Notes: generated by a model not told the origin, from the letters alone. 64,000 bases of DNA from Chthoniobacterales bacterium (GCA_038207335.1 JBBQZX010000006.1:96001-160000); one strand, 5' to 3'. Shown: positions 45,868-57,070, counted from the stretch's first letter. Program-made: numbers and translations.

Positions 45868-47856
45868 TTACAAAATCTCTACGGGGCACTTGGGTAGCGC
45901 GCGGAGGAATGCGCTGCCGTAGCCTTTCGTTAGCACGCGCGGATCGAGGATCACGACGATCCCGGTGTCCTGTTTCGTGCGGATGAGGCGACCCACGCCT
46001 TGGCGCAACTTGAGGATCGCCTCGGGGAGCGAATATTCGGAAAATGGGTCGCCGCCGTGCGCTTGGATGAGCTCCAGTTTCGCTTCGATGAGCGGGTGGT
46101 CGGGCACCGCGAATGGCAGCCGCGTGATGATGACATTCGAGAGCGCATCGCCCGGCACATCGACGCCGCTCCAAAAACTTTCCGTGCCGAAAAGCACATG
46201 CCGCTCGTTCTTTTTGAACTCCGCGAGCAGCCGGTGACGCGGCATCCCTTCGCCCTGCACGATCAGCTTGTAATCGAGTTCGTCGAGCCGCTCGCGCATC
46301 GCCGTGGCGAGCGCCGACATCGCCCGGTAGCTCGTGAAAAGCACGAACGCGCGACCTTTGCTCTCCTCGATGAAATGCTCGATCCGCTCGGCGAGCGCGG
46401 ATTCGTATCCGGCGTCGCGCGGGTCGGGCATTTTGCGCGTGATGTAGAGCCGCATCTGTCGCTCATAGTCGAAGGGACTCCCGACTTGCAGCGCCTCGAT
46501 CTCCTGGGCCCCGACGCGCTCGCGGAAGTAGCTCAGCTCTGCGTCGCCCGTGCTCAGCGTTGCGCTCGTCATCACGCAGACGTGATTTTCGCGAAAGAGA
46601 AGCGCGCGCAGCCACGCGGCGACGTCGATCGGCGCGGCATTTAGGCTGTGAAATTTCGCGGTCTTGCCGCTCTGCTCGACCCAATAAACGTAGTCGTCGG
46701 CCTCCTGCTTGAGAAAAATCGCGATGCCCGCGCGCGCGTCGCGGATTTTGCGCCCGAGGTCTTGCAACTCGGCCTTCGTCGTCTCGTCCTCGATGTTGCG
46801 CACGCATTCCACTACGAGCTTTTGCAGGCGGGCGAGGGGAGTGGTGAGCGAGTCCGCGACGAAGTCCGGCTGACGCACGCGGAATTCCCGCCCCTTTTTG
46901 AAATCCGCTCGCGCGCCGACGCCCTCGAAAAACCCCTCAACTTCATCGAGCAGCGCTGTCACTTCCTTCACCGCGTCCGGCCGACGCAAGACCTGAAAAA
47001 CGCCCTTGTGCGTCTTCGGATTGTAGAGCCGTTGCAGCGCGTATCGCAGCCCGTATTGCGACACGCCGAGGCCGATTTGTTTCGCCGCGACCTGCTCGAC
47101 CGTGTGCGCCTCGTCGAAGATCACGAAGTCATTCGCGAAGATGTAGCCCGCCGCGTCTTCATCCTGCTCGGAGAGCGGCCCGAGGTTCATGAAAAAGAGC
47201 GTGTGATTCATCACGACCACGTCCGCCGCGATGAGCCGTTTGCGCGCGTTTTGGTAAAAGCACTTCGGGTTTTGCCCGCACGTCTTCGTCGTGCAGATGT
47301 GCGCCTCGCTGCACACCTGAGACCACACATGCGAGTCCGGCTCGACCGCGAAATCCGAGAGCGTGCCGTCCGTCGTGGTCTGTGCCCATTCGTGGATGCG
47401 CTGCACTTCCTCCTGCTCGGTCGTGGTGAACAGATCGCCCGATGCGGTCATCGCCCGCTGCAGCCGCATCGGGCAGATGTAATTGCCGCGCCCCTTCCAA
47501 AGCATCGCCTCGAACTCGACTGGCAGAACCTTTTGCAAAATCGGGATGTCTTTGAATACGAGCTGCTCCTGCAGGTTGATCGTGTAGGTCGAAATGACCG
47601 CCTTTTTCTTCTTCTCCAGTGCCCACAAAATCGCGGGAACCAAGTAGGCAAGCGACTTCCCGACCCCAGTCCCAGCTTCCACAACGAGATGATTTTCCTC
47701 GCTCAGAGCCCGCGCCACCGCCACCGCCATCTGCTGCTGCTCGGGCCGGTACTCGAAGTTCTTAGCCTGCGCGAGCAGCCCATCCTCCGAGAAAACGCCG
47801 CGCACTTTCTCGACGAATTCGCTGCTGCTGCCGGGGGCATCGGAGAGGGAAATCAC
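45868..47856 (-). CDS. DinG/YoaA-family ATP-dependent DNA helicase
   Basis: YRPEQ, EAGTGVGKS, Fe-S cysteines, DEAH, TSATL, FWSGVDVPG and QGVGRLIR motifs. Confidence 0.92.
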   Translation of the reverse strand: MISLSDAPGSSSEFVEKVRGVFSEDGLLAQAKNFEYRPEQQQMAVAVARALSEENHLVVEAGTGVGKSLAYLVPAILWALEKKKKAVISTYTINLQEQLVFKDIPILQKVLPVEFEAMLWKGRGNYICPMRLQRAMTASGDLFTTTEQEEVQRIHEWAQTTTDGTLSDFAVEPDSHVWSQVCSEAHICTTKTCGQNPKCFYQNARKRLIAADVVVMNHTLFFMNLGPLSEQDEDAAGYIFANDFVIFDEAHTVEQVAAKQIGLGVSQYGLRYALQRLYNPKTHKGVFQVLRRPDAVKEVTALLDEVEGFFEGVGARADFKKGREFRVRQPDFVADSLTTPLARLQKLVVECVRNIEDETTKAELQDLGRKIRDARAGIAIFLKQEADDYVYWVEQSGKTAKFHSLNAAPIDVAAWLRALLFRENHVCVMTSATLSTGDAELSYFRERVGAQEIEALQVGSPFDYERQMRLYITRKMPDPRDAGYESALAERIEHFIEESKGRAFVLFTSYRAMSALATAMRERLDELDYKLIVQGEGMPRHRLLAEFKKNERHVLFGTESFWSGVDVPGDALSNVIITRLPFAVPDHPLIEAKLELIQAHGGDPFSEYSLPEAILKLRQGVGRLIRTKQDTGIVVILDPRVLTKGYGSAFLRALPKCPVEIL

Positions 47857-47993
47857 AAGCCGCGCACCATGCGCCGGGAAGCTGTGCTAGCGCGAATCAA
47901 AATGCGAATCGCGGCGTGGGTTTGCCGCTGTGAATCCGACGGTTCGACACCCCCACCGCGCACTTTGCAGGAACCGTCTATTTTAATCGGCGT

Positions 47994-48161
47994 TTAGCGC
48001 AGCGGGGGCGGGACAGAATTTTGACGCGCCGTGAGCTCCGCGGCTTCCGCGAGCTTTTCGTGGGCGCGCATCGCACGCCAGCCGATGATAAGCCAGATGA
48101 CCGTGACTGCAAACCCAAACACCCAGGCGAGAAAGGCGAACATTCCGAATCCAGAGGACAT
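47994..48161 (-). CDS. Small single-pass membrane protein (55 aa), not in the ORF track
   Basis: MSSGFGMFAFLAWVFGFAVTVIWLIIGWRAMRAHEKLAEAAELTARQNSVPPPLR; starts 21 bp after the upstream Gfo gene stop. Confidence 0.7.
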   Translation of the reverse strand: MSSGFGMFAFLAWVFGFAVTVIWLIIGWRAMRAHEKLAEAAELTARQNSVPPPLR

Positions 48162-48182
48162 TCTGTAAAAAGGGTGGTGTGG

Positions 48183-49340
48183 TTAAATTGCGAGCTTGGT
48201 CCACGCGGAGTTTGCGTGGCTGGAGGCGACCACGGCTTCGATGAAGGCCATGCCGCGCATGCCGTCTTCGATTTTCGGGTAGTCGGTGACGAGAGCGTCG
48301 GGTTCGCGATTTTCCAGGAGCGCGCGAATGTGGCCGGCGAAGTTCTTGTAGATGTTCGCGAAGGCCTCGAGGTAGCCCTCGGGATGCGCGGGCGGGGTGC
48401 GGCCCGCGGCGAGAGCGGCAGGGCTGAGGTATCCGTTGGCGGTGCGATAGACCTGCATCGGCTGGTCGGGCCATTTGACGAGCATGGTGTTCGGCTCGCG
48501 CTGGTGCCACTCGATGCCGCCCTTTTCGCCATAGACGCGGAGGCTGAGGTTATTCTCCTCGCCGACGGAAATCTGCGAGGCGTGCAGGACGCCTTTCGCC
48601 CCGCCCTCGAAGCGCAGGAGGACGTTGCCGTCGTCGTCGAGTTCGCGGCCCTCGACGAATGCCGTGAGGTCCGCGGCGAGTTCGCTGATCTTCAAGCCGG
48701 TGACGTATTCGGCGAGATTGTCGGCGTGCGTTCCGATGTCGCCGATGCAGCCGGCGGCGCCGCTGCGTTTCGGGTCGGTGCGCCAGCTTGCCTGCTTCGA
48801 GCCCGTGGCCTCGACGCGCGTGGCGAGCCAGCCTTGCGGATATTCGACGACGACTTTGCGGATCTTGCCGAGCTTGCCGCTATGCACGAGTTCGCGCGCT
48901 TCTTTCATTAGCGGATAGCCGGTGTAGTTGTGCGTTAGACCGTAGAGCTGGCCGCTGGATTTCACGAGGTCGGCGAGGGTTTTCGCCTCGGCGAGGTCGA
49001 AGGTCGCGGGCTTGTCGGAGAGGACGTGGAAGCCGTTTTCCAGTGCCATTTTCGCCGGAGGAAAGTGCATGTGATTCGGCGTGACGATGGAGACAAAATC
49101 CATGCGCTCACCGAGCGGGAGCGCTTTCTCGCGCGTGATCATTTCCTCGAAGGTGCCGTAGCAGCGGTCGGGCGGGAGGTAAAAGTCCGCACCGGAATCG
49201 CGCGAGCGCTGGGGCTCCGAGCTGAAGGCGCCGCAGACGAGTTCGATCTGACCGTCGATATTGGCAGCGATGCGGTGGACGGCTCCGATGAAGGCGCCGC
49301 GGCCGCCTCCGACCATGCCCATGCGAATTTTTCGGCTCAT
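48183..49340 (-). CDS. Cytoplasmic Gfo/Idh/MocA-family oxidoreductase
   Basis: MGMVGGGRGAFIGAVH, VTPNHMH, SDKP and GDIGTHA motifs. Confidence 0.92.
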   Translation of the reverse strand: MSRKIRMGMVGGGRGAFIGAVHRIAANIDGQIELVCGAFSSEPQRSRDSGADFYLPPDRCYGTFEEMITREKALPLGERMDFVSIVTPNHMHFPPAKMALENGFHVLSDKPATFDLAEAKTLADLVKSSGQLYGLTHNYTGYPLMKEARELVHSGKLGKIRKVVVEYPQGWLATRVEATGSKQASWRTDPKRSGAAGCIGDIGTHADNLAEYVTGLKISELAADLTAFVEGRELDDDGNVLLRFEGGAKGVLHASQISVGEENNLSLRVYGEKGGIEWHQREPNTMLVKWPDQPMQVYRTANGYLSPAALAAGRTPPAHPEGYLEAFANIYKNFAGHIRALLENREPDALVTDYPKIEDGMRGMAFIEAVVASSHANSAWTKLAI

Positions 49341-49511
49341 GTGAATATGTAGATTGGTGGGATTTTGAGTGGGCGGGGAGTTTAGAAATGGGACGCGAGC
49401 GGGCAAGGAATTTGGGCGGGCGGGAGATGTCTCGGAGGCGTCTCATTTTCAAAAGAATGCCATCAACTGCCAGCGCAACCTCCGGCAAACCCGCGGGTTT
49501 GACCCATCCAC

Positions 49512-49913
49512 ATGAAAAAACTCCTCACTGTTCTTACCCTCACGTTGGCCGGTCTCCTGATCGTCCCGACCTCACTCAAAGCCGAAGATGCGAAGCCTGC
49601 GGAAGGCAAGGGCGGTGCCCGCCGCGACCGCGTCGAAATGATGAAAGAAAGCCTCGGGCTCACAGACGAGCAGGTGGCGAAAATCAAGCCGATCGTGGAA
49701 GCCGATCGCGAGAAGATGAAGGCACTCCGCGAAGACAGCTCGCTGAGCCAGGAAGACAAGCGCGCGAAGTACACCGAGATGTTCAAGGCGCAGTCTGAGA
49801 AGATCAAACCGATCCTAACGCCTGAGCAGCAGACGAAGTGGGCCGAGCAAGCTGAAAAGATGAAAGAGCGCCGCGCGAATGGCGAGAAGCCCGCCGAAGC
49901 TCCGAAGAAGTAA
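49512..49913 (+). CDS. Periplasmic Spy/CpxP-like (LTxxQ) protein
   Basis: Signal peptide; LGLTDEQ and ILTPEQ motifs; helical and highly charged. Confidence 0.8.
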   Translation: MKKLLTVLTLTLAGLLIVPTSLKAEDAKPAEGKGGARRDRVEMMKESLGLTDEQVAKIKPIVEADREKMKALREDSSLSQEDKRAKYTEMFKAQSEKIKPILTPEQQTKWAEQAEKMKERRANGEKPAEAPKK

Positions 49914-49936
49914 CCGAAACCACAATCAACAATCCG

Positions 49937-49966
49937 GGGCGGGAAGCGCGAGCTTCCGCCCTTTTT
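49937..49966 (+). terminator. Rho-independent terminator
   Basis: GGGCGGGAAGC-GCGA-GCTTCCGCCC followed by T5. Confidence 0.8.
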
Positions 49967-50012
49967 GTTTTGAAGGGAGGAGAGCGGGAGTGGGAGCGAA
50001 GGCGTGGGAGAC

Positions 50013-51380
50013 CTACTCCAGTGCTTTCTCGAGTTTGCTTTTCGACTCCACCGCGCCTGCTCGTGGAGCGCCGAGCGGCGGGAAGACCGGTGGGATCATG
50101 CCCCTGTTCCAGTTGGAAAATTCGCCGTCGAGACGCTCGACGATCTCAGGGTGTCGGGAGGCCAGGTCGGTCTGCTCTCCGATGTCCTGCGCGACATTGA
50201 ACAGTTCTTTCGTGGTCTTGCTTTTGACCAATTTCCAATCCCCATCGCGCACGGCGTATTGTGCGCCATTTTCCATCCGCCAGAAGAGTTGCTTGTGCGG
50301 CGCGGCTTTCACCGTCCCGTCGAGATACGGCAGGAGATTCACGCCATCCATTGCGCGATCCTGTGGCCCCGGCGTCTTGGCCAGCGCGCAGGCCGTGGCG
50401 AAAACATCCAGCGCCGAAACCATCTCCCGATAGACTCCCGGCTGAAGCTTTCCCGGCCACGACACCACGAAAGGGACGCGCGAGCCGCCTTCGTACATCG
50501 TGCCTTTTCCCGCGCGCAGCGGCGCGTTGTCGCACTTCACTACGTTGATCGGCCCGCCGTTGTCGCTGAAGAAAAAGACAAGAGTGTTCTCCTGCTGGCC
50601 GATGGCTTTGAGCGCATCGAGCACACGGCCCATGCCGTCGTCCATGGCGATCGTCATTGCCGCGTAGGCGCGCCGCTTGGGATCGCCGATGCCCGGCAAG
50701 CGGTCGAGGTATCGAGGCAGCGTATCCAGCGGAGTGTGGACGGCGTTGTAGGCCAAATAGAGGAACCACGGCTGCCCCTGGTGCTTCTTGATGAATGCCG
50801 CGCCCTCGCGAGAAAATGCGTCGGTAAGGTATTCGCGCTCGTCAACATCGGTGTGATTGCGCTGCAGGGGGATGTTGTATTCGGCCTTGCCCGGCACGCC
50901 TGGGAGATAGCGGTGCCCTCCGCCGATGAAGCCATACCAATCGGTGAAACCGCGCTCGATCGGATGGAATTTCGGATGCGCGCCTTCGTGCCACTTGCCA
51001 ATGCCGCCGGTCACGTAACCCGCGTCCTTCAGCACCTTTGGTAGAAGAATCTGATCGGTCGGCAGCCCGGATTTCTCGTCATCCGGCCAGTAGTTGGGAT
51101 TGCGTTCATGGCCAAAGCGCTGCTGGTAACGGCCCGTGAGCAATCCCGCGCGGCACGGACTGCACACCGGATGACTGACATACCCGTCTGTGCAGACGAT
51201 GCCGCCAGTCGCCAACGCGTCCAGATGAGGCGTCGGGATGTCTTTGCTCCCTTGAAAGCCGACGTCGTGGTAACCCAAGTCATCCGCCACGATGACAAGG
51301 ATATTGGGGCGCTCGGCGGCGGAGGCCACGGCGCAGATTGTCGCGAAGGTGAAGACGAGAAAACGAGCGGAGAGGCGCAT
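50013..51380 (-). CDS. Secreted Cys-type sulfatase
   Basis: PNILVIVADDLG, CSPCRAGLLTG, GKWH and SDNGG motifs. Confidence 0.92.
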   Translation of the reverse strand: MRLSARFLVFTFATICAVASAAERPNILVIVADDLGYHDVGFQGSKDIPTPHLDALATGGIVCTDGYVSHPVCSPCRAGLLTGRYQQRFGHERNPNYWPDDEKSGLPTDQILLPKVLKDAGYVTGGIGKWHEGAHPKFHPIERGFTDWYGFIGGGHRYLPGVPGKAEYNIPLQRNHTDVDEREYLTDAFSREGAAFIKKHQGQPWFLYLAYNAVHTPLDTLPRYLDRLPGIGDPKRRAYAAMTIAMDDGMGRVLDALKAIGQQENTLVFFFSDNGGPINVVKCDNAPLRAGKGTMYEGGSRVPFVVSWPGKLQPGVYREMVSALDVFATACALAKTPGPQDRAMDGVNLLPYLDGTVKAAPHKQLFWRMENGAQYAVRDGDWKLVKSKTTKELFNVAQDIGEQTDLASRHPEIVERLDGEFSNWNRGMIPPVFPPLGAPRAGAVESKSKLEKALE

Positions 51381-51660
51381 AGGATGGGCGATGTAAAGCC
51401 AGCGATTCATGGCGGGGAACTTCTTTCCACTTTGTTTTTGCCACCCGCGCACCCAACCGACTTCCATGCTGTAGGGCAGCTTGGCTGGGCTCAGCCGGTC
51501 GATTTCCCAACCGGCCGTTAGCAGGCTCAGGATGAAGAATTGCGGCTGATGCAAGATGCCTCACCGCGATGCGCTGAGACTCGTGGGCGTCCATTCGGTT
51601 CCAGCTGTGGTGTGACTAGAAGTAGCGATCCCACACTGTGGCTAAGGAGTTTCCCGGAGG

Positions 51661-52482
51661 TTACTTCGCCGTGTGGGCTAGGATGAATTTGATGACTGGC
51701 GACGGGTCTTCCAGCCCGTGGGGATGATGCTCCACTCCCGGTTTGTGAATGACCTTCACCTCGCCGCCGAGCGCACGGTAGCGCTGCTCGACGATGAGCG
51801 CATTCTCTTCGGCGGGGACGACCTGGTCTGCATCTCCCACGACATAAATGAGGGGAATCTTGGCCGCGGCGATTGGCGCAAGGGTGTCGATGGGGTTGCC
51901 CTGGTAGGCGAGCGCAGCTTCGTCGTCGGCAAAGTCGTAGAGCTTCTTCAGCGACGCCCAATCCGCAGGGCTGCCTTTGCCTTTCCCCTTGCCTGCAGGC
52001 CAGCTTTTAAAATCACACACCGCCGCGTCCCCGTAGATCAGCGCGACCTTCTCGGGATTCTCCGACGCGAAACGATGGCAGTAGAGACCCCCGCGGCTGA
52101 TGCCGATGAGCACCACCTTCGGAGCGAGTCCGCGCTCTACCAACTCGGCGTGGAAGGCCCCGAAAACCTTTTGCGCGCCGGGTGCTCCATAAGTGTTGCC
52201 CACGTCGATGTGCGCGTGGTGAAAGCCCGCGGCGAGCAGGCCCGGCGCGGCGCAACGCTCCGTGAAGGCGTCGGGAAACGCCATGCACCACGACCACGGA
52301 TTTCCGGGCAAGGCTTCCCTTGGCTCCACGACCCAGGCGGGGCTTTTGTCAAAGGTAAAGCTGTGGCGCTTGAAGCCGTGCCAGTCATCGATCTTCTCAC
52401 CAGGAAAGGCGAGATCGGGCGTGGCCGCGCGGGCATTGACGACGGTGAACAGCAGGGAGGCGAGGAGGAGGCGGAGGATCAT
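51661..52482 (-). CDS. Secreted alpha/beta hydrolase
   Basis: Signal peptide; GISRGG nucleophile elbow, GDADQVV and HHPHGL. Confidence 0.85.
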   Translation of the reverse strand: MILRLLLASLLFTVVNARAATPDLAFPGEKIDDWHGFKRHSFTFDKSPAWVVEPREALPGNPWSWCMAFPDAFTERCAAPGLLAAGFHHAHIDVGNTYGAPGAQKVFGAFHAELVERGLAPKVVLIGISRGGLYCHRFASENPEKVALIYGDAAVCDFKSWPAGKGKGKGSPADWASLKKLYDFADDEAALAYQGNPIDTLAPIAAAKIPLIYVVGDADQVVPAEENALIVEQRYRALGGEVKVIHKPGVEHHPHGLEDPSPVIKFILAHTAK

Positions 52483-52862
52483 GGTGAGAAATCGCCTGTC
52501 GGCCCAAAAAACGTGGAGGGCAGGGACGAGGCAGCAGCGTCCGATAATTTCCGACGAGATGAAAACTCAAAGGATGTGGCGAGTTTTAGCGGCACGTCGG
52601 AGCCGACTGGCAGCGCAGTGAACTGAGCTTTCAGCGCGCCGCCCCCGGCTGGCCCGGGCCCGCAAGCGAACTGCCGCGCGTCGTACGCAGCGTGAAACGG
52701 CTCGTGCATACATCTCGAGGAACCAAACGCCCCCCGTGGTGACGATGCCTCTGCGCTCCGGCCCGGCAACGCGGATGATTCACGAAAGATTCGATCGGGG
52801 AAAGCGGCGCGCTCTCCGCGCCTTCGATGGGAGGGAGGAAAGCCGGGATGCGCATCGGCGGT

Positions 52863-54128
52863 TCACTTCGCCGCGCGGAAGATTGCGAAGTAGGCGTCCT
52901 TTCCGCCGCCGGGGAATGCAGGCTGGAGGGGCTTAAATGCGGGGACGGGATAGGTGATTTCCGGTGCGTCGGGGATGGATTTGTCGCTCACGGTATTCTT
53001 GTCCTTTGCACTGCCGGCGATGACCACGGTGCCGCCGCGCGAAGCGACGCAACCGATGGAAGCGCCGGGGAAGTAGCCCGCTTGCGTCATTTTAAACTCG
53101 GGATCGAAGACGGCGAGGAAGCCGCCGCCTTTGTAGCCGCCCTCGGGCGCTTCATACCACGGCTCTTTGCTGCGGAAGCCGGAGGCGCTGTCGCCGACGA
53201 CGAACTGCCGCGCGCCTTCGCCGGTTGCGTTGCGGATGCTCAGGCCATTGGCGCGCTGCGGGGTGAGCCAGGCAGGCATGAAGGTGCCTTTCTCGAGCTT
53301 GCCGCTCGTGCCATCGGCCCGGAGGATGAGAAAGAGCTTTTCCCCCGTCCCCCCGTCCCCCGCGGCGCACGCGACGCCGGAGCGCCCAGAGCTGTTTGCC
53401 CGCGCGGTCGAAGCCGTAGGCATACGGGTCGTTTCACGGCTCGCGGACGGTCTTCGTCATGCCGTAGCCGGTCACGACGGCGACGTGAGGATGCCCTCCC
53501 AGTCCCCGAAATAGTAGAGGCTGAGTTCCGTCTGATCGTCCCAAAGCCTGCTCCGAAGCGGATCGCCGCGCTGGAGCATGGCAAAGTTCGCCTGCCCCGG
53601 GCCGTTTACCGCGTAGCCGTGCGCTTCTCCGGCAGCGAGCTCCGGCTGCGGCAGCTGCAGATGGAAGCCGGCTTTAAGATCAAGCCAGATGGCGTATTAG
53701 CGAAGCGCGCTTTCCCAAAAAGCGATCTCCGCCCGCGTTTTCGCGGCTTTCTCCGGCGGCATCGCCGTCGCGTGATCGACCGCTTTCTGCCACAGAATTT
53801 TTTCCGTCGCGCGCGCTCAGACAGATGAGCCAATTCGGATCGGCCATCGTGAAGACTTTGTCCCCGACGACGATCGGCTGCGAAAACTCGGCCCCGCCAT
53901 CGGCACCTTCCAGACGATGTTCTTGCCAGTCTCGCCATTGAACGCCGCCACGGGCGTCGCGCCTGGCCACGCGCCGGTGCCATCGCCCCGCCAGCCCACG
54001 GGCCGCTCCGCGCTTGGGTAGAATTCGCGATGCCCGAGCGGGATCGGCGCCTGTCCCCCAGCAGCGTCCGGGGAGAGAAACGCGCGCAACGTCAGCGCCT
54101 CGCAAAGGACCCAGTTGGAAAACGTCAT
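52863..54128 (-). pseudogene. Decayed PQQ-like beta-propeller (BamB-like) gene
   Basis: GWRGDGTG...KNIVWKVPM...SQPIVVGDKVF...CLSARDGKILW is only readable across two indels (about 53883-53886 and 53798-53803). In-frame TAA at 53697-53699 and further stops; open C-terminal part at 52863-53423. Confidence 0.7.
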
Positions 54129-54380
54129 GCGTTATTTCTCTAAAAGGTAAAACTTCACTTCGCGACAGCTATCGAGATGGGCGCCCTCCGAGCCAACCCC
54201 GCCGGATGGAAACTCCGCCCGCGAATTCTTTTGACGCTCAGGCGGCTGCCTCCCTATTTGTATCCACTTTTCCGCGGACAAACGGACCGATTTTGCAGGG
54301 AATATCAAGCCTCCCAGCGACACGCCGCCGCACACGAAGCGCAGCTCACAAAACGACTTACAAGCAAAGGTTTACACTGA

Positions 54381-55427
54381 ATGTTTAACGGACTTTCCGG
54401 TCTGTTCTCGAACGATATCGGCATCGATTTGGGCACGGCCAACACGCTGGTTTATGTCAAGGATCACGGCATCGTGCTTCGCGAACCCTCGGTCGTCGCG
54501 GTGCAGGCCGGCACGAGCCGCGTGCTCGCTGTCGGCGACGAGGCGAAGCGAATGCTCGGGCGCACACCCGGCAATATCGTCGCGATCCGTCCCCTCAAGG
54601 ACGGCGTCATCGCCGATTTTGAAATCACGGAAGCGATGTTGCGGCATTTCATCCAAAAGGTACACGGCAAGCGGACGTTTTTTCGCCCACGGCCGCGGGT
54701 CGTCATCGCGGTGCCGTCAGGCATCACGGAGGTCGAAAAGCGTGCTGTCAAAGAGTCCGCGCAGCACGCGGGAGCGCGTGAAGTCCACCTGATTGAAGAG
54801 CCGATGGCGGCGGCAATCGGCTGCGGTCTGCCGGTGCAGGATGCGGCGGGGAATATGATCATCGACATCGGGGGCGGCACGACGGAGGTCGCGCTGATTT
54901 CGCTCTCCGGCATCGTTTTCAGCCGCAGCGTGCGCGTGGCAGGCGATGAGCTAGACGAGGCGATCATCCAATACATGAAGCGCGCCTACAATCTGATGAT
55001 CGGCGAGCGCACCGCGGAGGACATCAAGATCAAGATCGGCTCCGCGTATCCGATCGAGAAAGAGACGACGATGGAGGTCAAAGGCCGCGACCTCGTGGCG
55101 GGGCTTCCGAAGACGCTTACGATCACCTCGCAGGAAGTCCGCGAAGCGCTGCTCGAGCCGATTTCCACCATCGTCGATTCTGTCCGCGTGACGCTCGAGC
55201 GCTGCCCTCCGGAGCTCAGTGCCGACCTCGTGGATCGCGGGTTGGTGCTCGCCGGCGGCGGCGCACTTTTGCGCGGGCTCGACCGCCTGCTCACCGAAGA
55301 AACCGGGCTCCCCGTCCACGTCGCCGAAGACCCGCTCAGCGCGGTCGCCGAGGGCACTGGACGCGCGTTGAGCGAAATCAAATTCCTGCGTCAGGTCTCC
55401 ACGAGCGACTCTCGCTGGAACACCTGA
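54381..55427 (+). CDS. mreB: Rod shape-determining protein MreB
   Basis: [26 protein letters not shown] and GGGALL motifs. Confidence 0.98.
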   Translation: MFNGLSGLFSNDIGIDLGTANTLVYVKDHGIVLREPSVVAVQAGTSRVLAVGDEAKRMLGRTPGNIVAIRPLKDGVIADFEITEAMLRHFIQKVHGKRTFFRPRPRVVIAVPSGITEVEKRAVKESAQHAGAREVHLIEEPMAAAIGCGLPVQDAAGNMIIDIGGGTTEVALISLSGIVFSRSVRVAGDELDEAIIQYMKRAYNLMIGERTAEDIKIKIGSAYPIEKETTMEVKGRDLVAGLPKTLTITSQEVREALLEPISTIVDSVRVTLERCPPELSADLVDRGLVLAGGGALLRGLDRLLTEETGLPVHVAEDPLSAVAEGTGRALSEIKFLRQVSTSDSRWNT

Positions 55428-55533
55428 TCATCCTCGGAATGAGCCACCTCCGCCCCGTGCGGCCCGGCGTGGAATGCCCGCCAGCGCTTGATTGCGCGAC
55501 GGTATGTGATATTTCGACGCCTGATTTTTCGCG

Positions 55534-56349
55534 ATGAAACAACGCGGGAACATCATCGCGCTCGCGGTTTTTCTCCTCGCGGTCATCCTGCTTTTTGCGG
55601 CGGTGAGCCCGCGGACGATGCAGCGGATTCAGACCGGGTTTCTGGGAATGATCGCTCCATTTTTGAAACGTGGATCGAACATCGAGCGGCAATACACGGC
55701 ATTCCGCGAGGGGCTGAAAACGCTCAATCAACTCGAGGAGGACAACAAGCGGCTCTCGGTTGCAAACAAGGAATTGAGCGCGACGAACCAGACGCTTCGC
55801 GGGCTTGAGGCTGAAAATAACAGCCTCCGGAACGCGCTCGGATATCGGGAGCGTGCGGTGTTTCAGCTCATGCCATCGCGGATCATCGCACGCGACGCGT
55901 CGAGCTGGTATAACACGATCAAGATCGACCGTGGCACAGAGGAACTCATCGAGGAAGAGCAGCCGGTGCTGACCGAGGAGGGGCTGGTGGGCAGGACGAC
56001 GAAGGATGTCTCCGCCCACGCGGCGACTGTGATTTTGATCTCGGATGAAAACTGCCGGGTCGCCGCCACGGTCGAGGGAACGCGAGAGCAGGGGATCATC
56101 CGCGGGGAGCGGACATCGCAGACGGCGATGCCGGTGATCAGCCTGAATTTTTTGTCGAAGCAGGCGAACCTCAAGCCGGGTCAGAAAATCTACACGTCTG
56201 GCATCGGCGGCGTTTTTCCGGCGGGCGTGCTCATCGGCGCGGTGAAAGATTTCAAAGTCCGCGAACTCGACGGTTACGCCACGGTGGTTCCGGCGGTCGA
56301 TCTTTCGACGATTCAGGATGTGTTTGTCGTGGTGGGAAAAACGAAATGA
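55534..56349 (+). CDS. mreC: Rod shape-determining protein MreC
   Basis: N-terminal TM, coiled coil, GLVGR and TSGIGGVFPAG; follows mreB. Confidence 0.93.
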   Translation: MKQRGNIIALAVFLLAVILLFAAVSPRTMQRIQTGFLGMIAPFLKRGSNIERQYTAFREGLKTLNQLEEDNKRLSVANKELSATNQTLRGLEAENNSLRNALGYRERAVFQLMPSRIIARDASSWYNTIKIDRGTEELIEEEQPVLTEEGLVGRTTKDVSAHAATVILISDENCRVAATVEGTREQGIIRGERTSQTAMPVISLNFLSKQANLKPGQKIYTSGIGGVFPAGVLIGAVKDFKVRELDGYATVVPAVDLSTIQDVFVVVGKTK

Positions 56350-56402
56350 GCTTGACAATTTTTCCTAAATTTAACGGCGCGCACAGTAAAGGAGACGTCG
56401 GG

Positions 56403-56465
56403 CGAGCGTCGAACGTCGAACATCGAACGAACGAAATGTCGGCTGTGTCTTTAGTTCGGCGTTCA
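56403..56465. repeat. CGAAC(A/G)T heptamer repeat with partial inverted arm
   Basis: CGAGCGT CGAACGT CGAACAT CGAACGA ... GTTCGGCGTTCA; same unit as at 39799-39920. Confidence 0.6.
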
Positions 56466-56524
56466 TTGTTTTTCGCGCGGAAGGGCGCTCCGAGCGCGGC
56501 CGCAATCCACCAATTTTCCTCGCG

Positions 56525-57070
56525 ATGATCTTCTTCCTCATCCTTCTCGCGGGCATGTTTTTTTCACTCGTCGTCCAACATTTCATCGGCCCCATCCCAC
56601 CGTCGGGCGCGCGCGTGATGCTCATGCCGCTCGTCATGTTTTTCGGCGCGCTCGCGCTGCCGTTGTGGGGGATGCTCGGACTCGCATTTGCCGGTGGGCT
56701 CATGTGGGACGCGCTTTGCACGCAGGTTAACGGCGGCGAGCCCGAGATCGCGTTGGGCTGGTCGATCCTGCTCTATGCAACACTCGGTGCGCTCGTGAGT
56801 GGATTCCGTCCGCTATTTTTGCGTGGAAGGTGGGAGATTTACTGCCTGCTCAGTGGCGTCTGCACGTCGGCCATCGTGTTCGCGGAATTCATCGTCATCT
56901 GCATCCGCCGGCAGCCCGTGACGTTCCCCTTCAACCACGAGATCTGGTGGCGCATCGGAGGAGCTGGCCTCCTCGCCGCACTGATTTCGCCGTTCTTTTT
57001 CTTCCTTCTGAATTACATCGCCGCGTGGGTCGGATATGACCCGCAGCCGGAGCGCGGAGGGAGGGCGTGA
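56525..57070 (+). CDS. mreD: Rod shape-determining protein MreD
   Basis: 181 aa, about 5 TM segments, GGLMWD motif; lies between mreC and mrdA. Confidence 0.75.
   Translation: MIFFLILLAGMFFSLVVQHFIGPIPPSGARVMLMPLVMFFGALALPLWGMLGLAFAGGLMWDALCTQVNGGEPEIALGWSILLYATLGALVSGFRPLFLRGRWEIYCLLSGVCTSAIVFAEFIVICIRRQPVTFPFNHEIWWRIGGAGLLAALISPFFFFLLNYIAAWVGYDPQPERGGRA

Noticed and set aside
47908..47960. tRNA-like fragment (CTGTGAA...GGTTCGACACCC)
   Set aside because: No D-arm or anticodon stem; it cannot form a cloverleaf.
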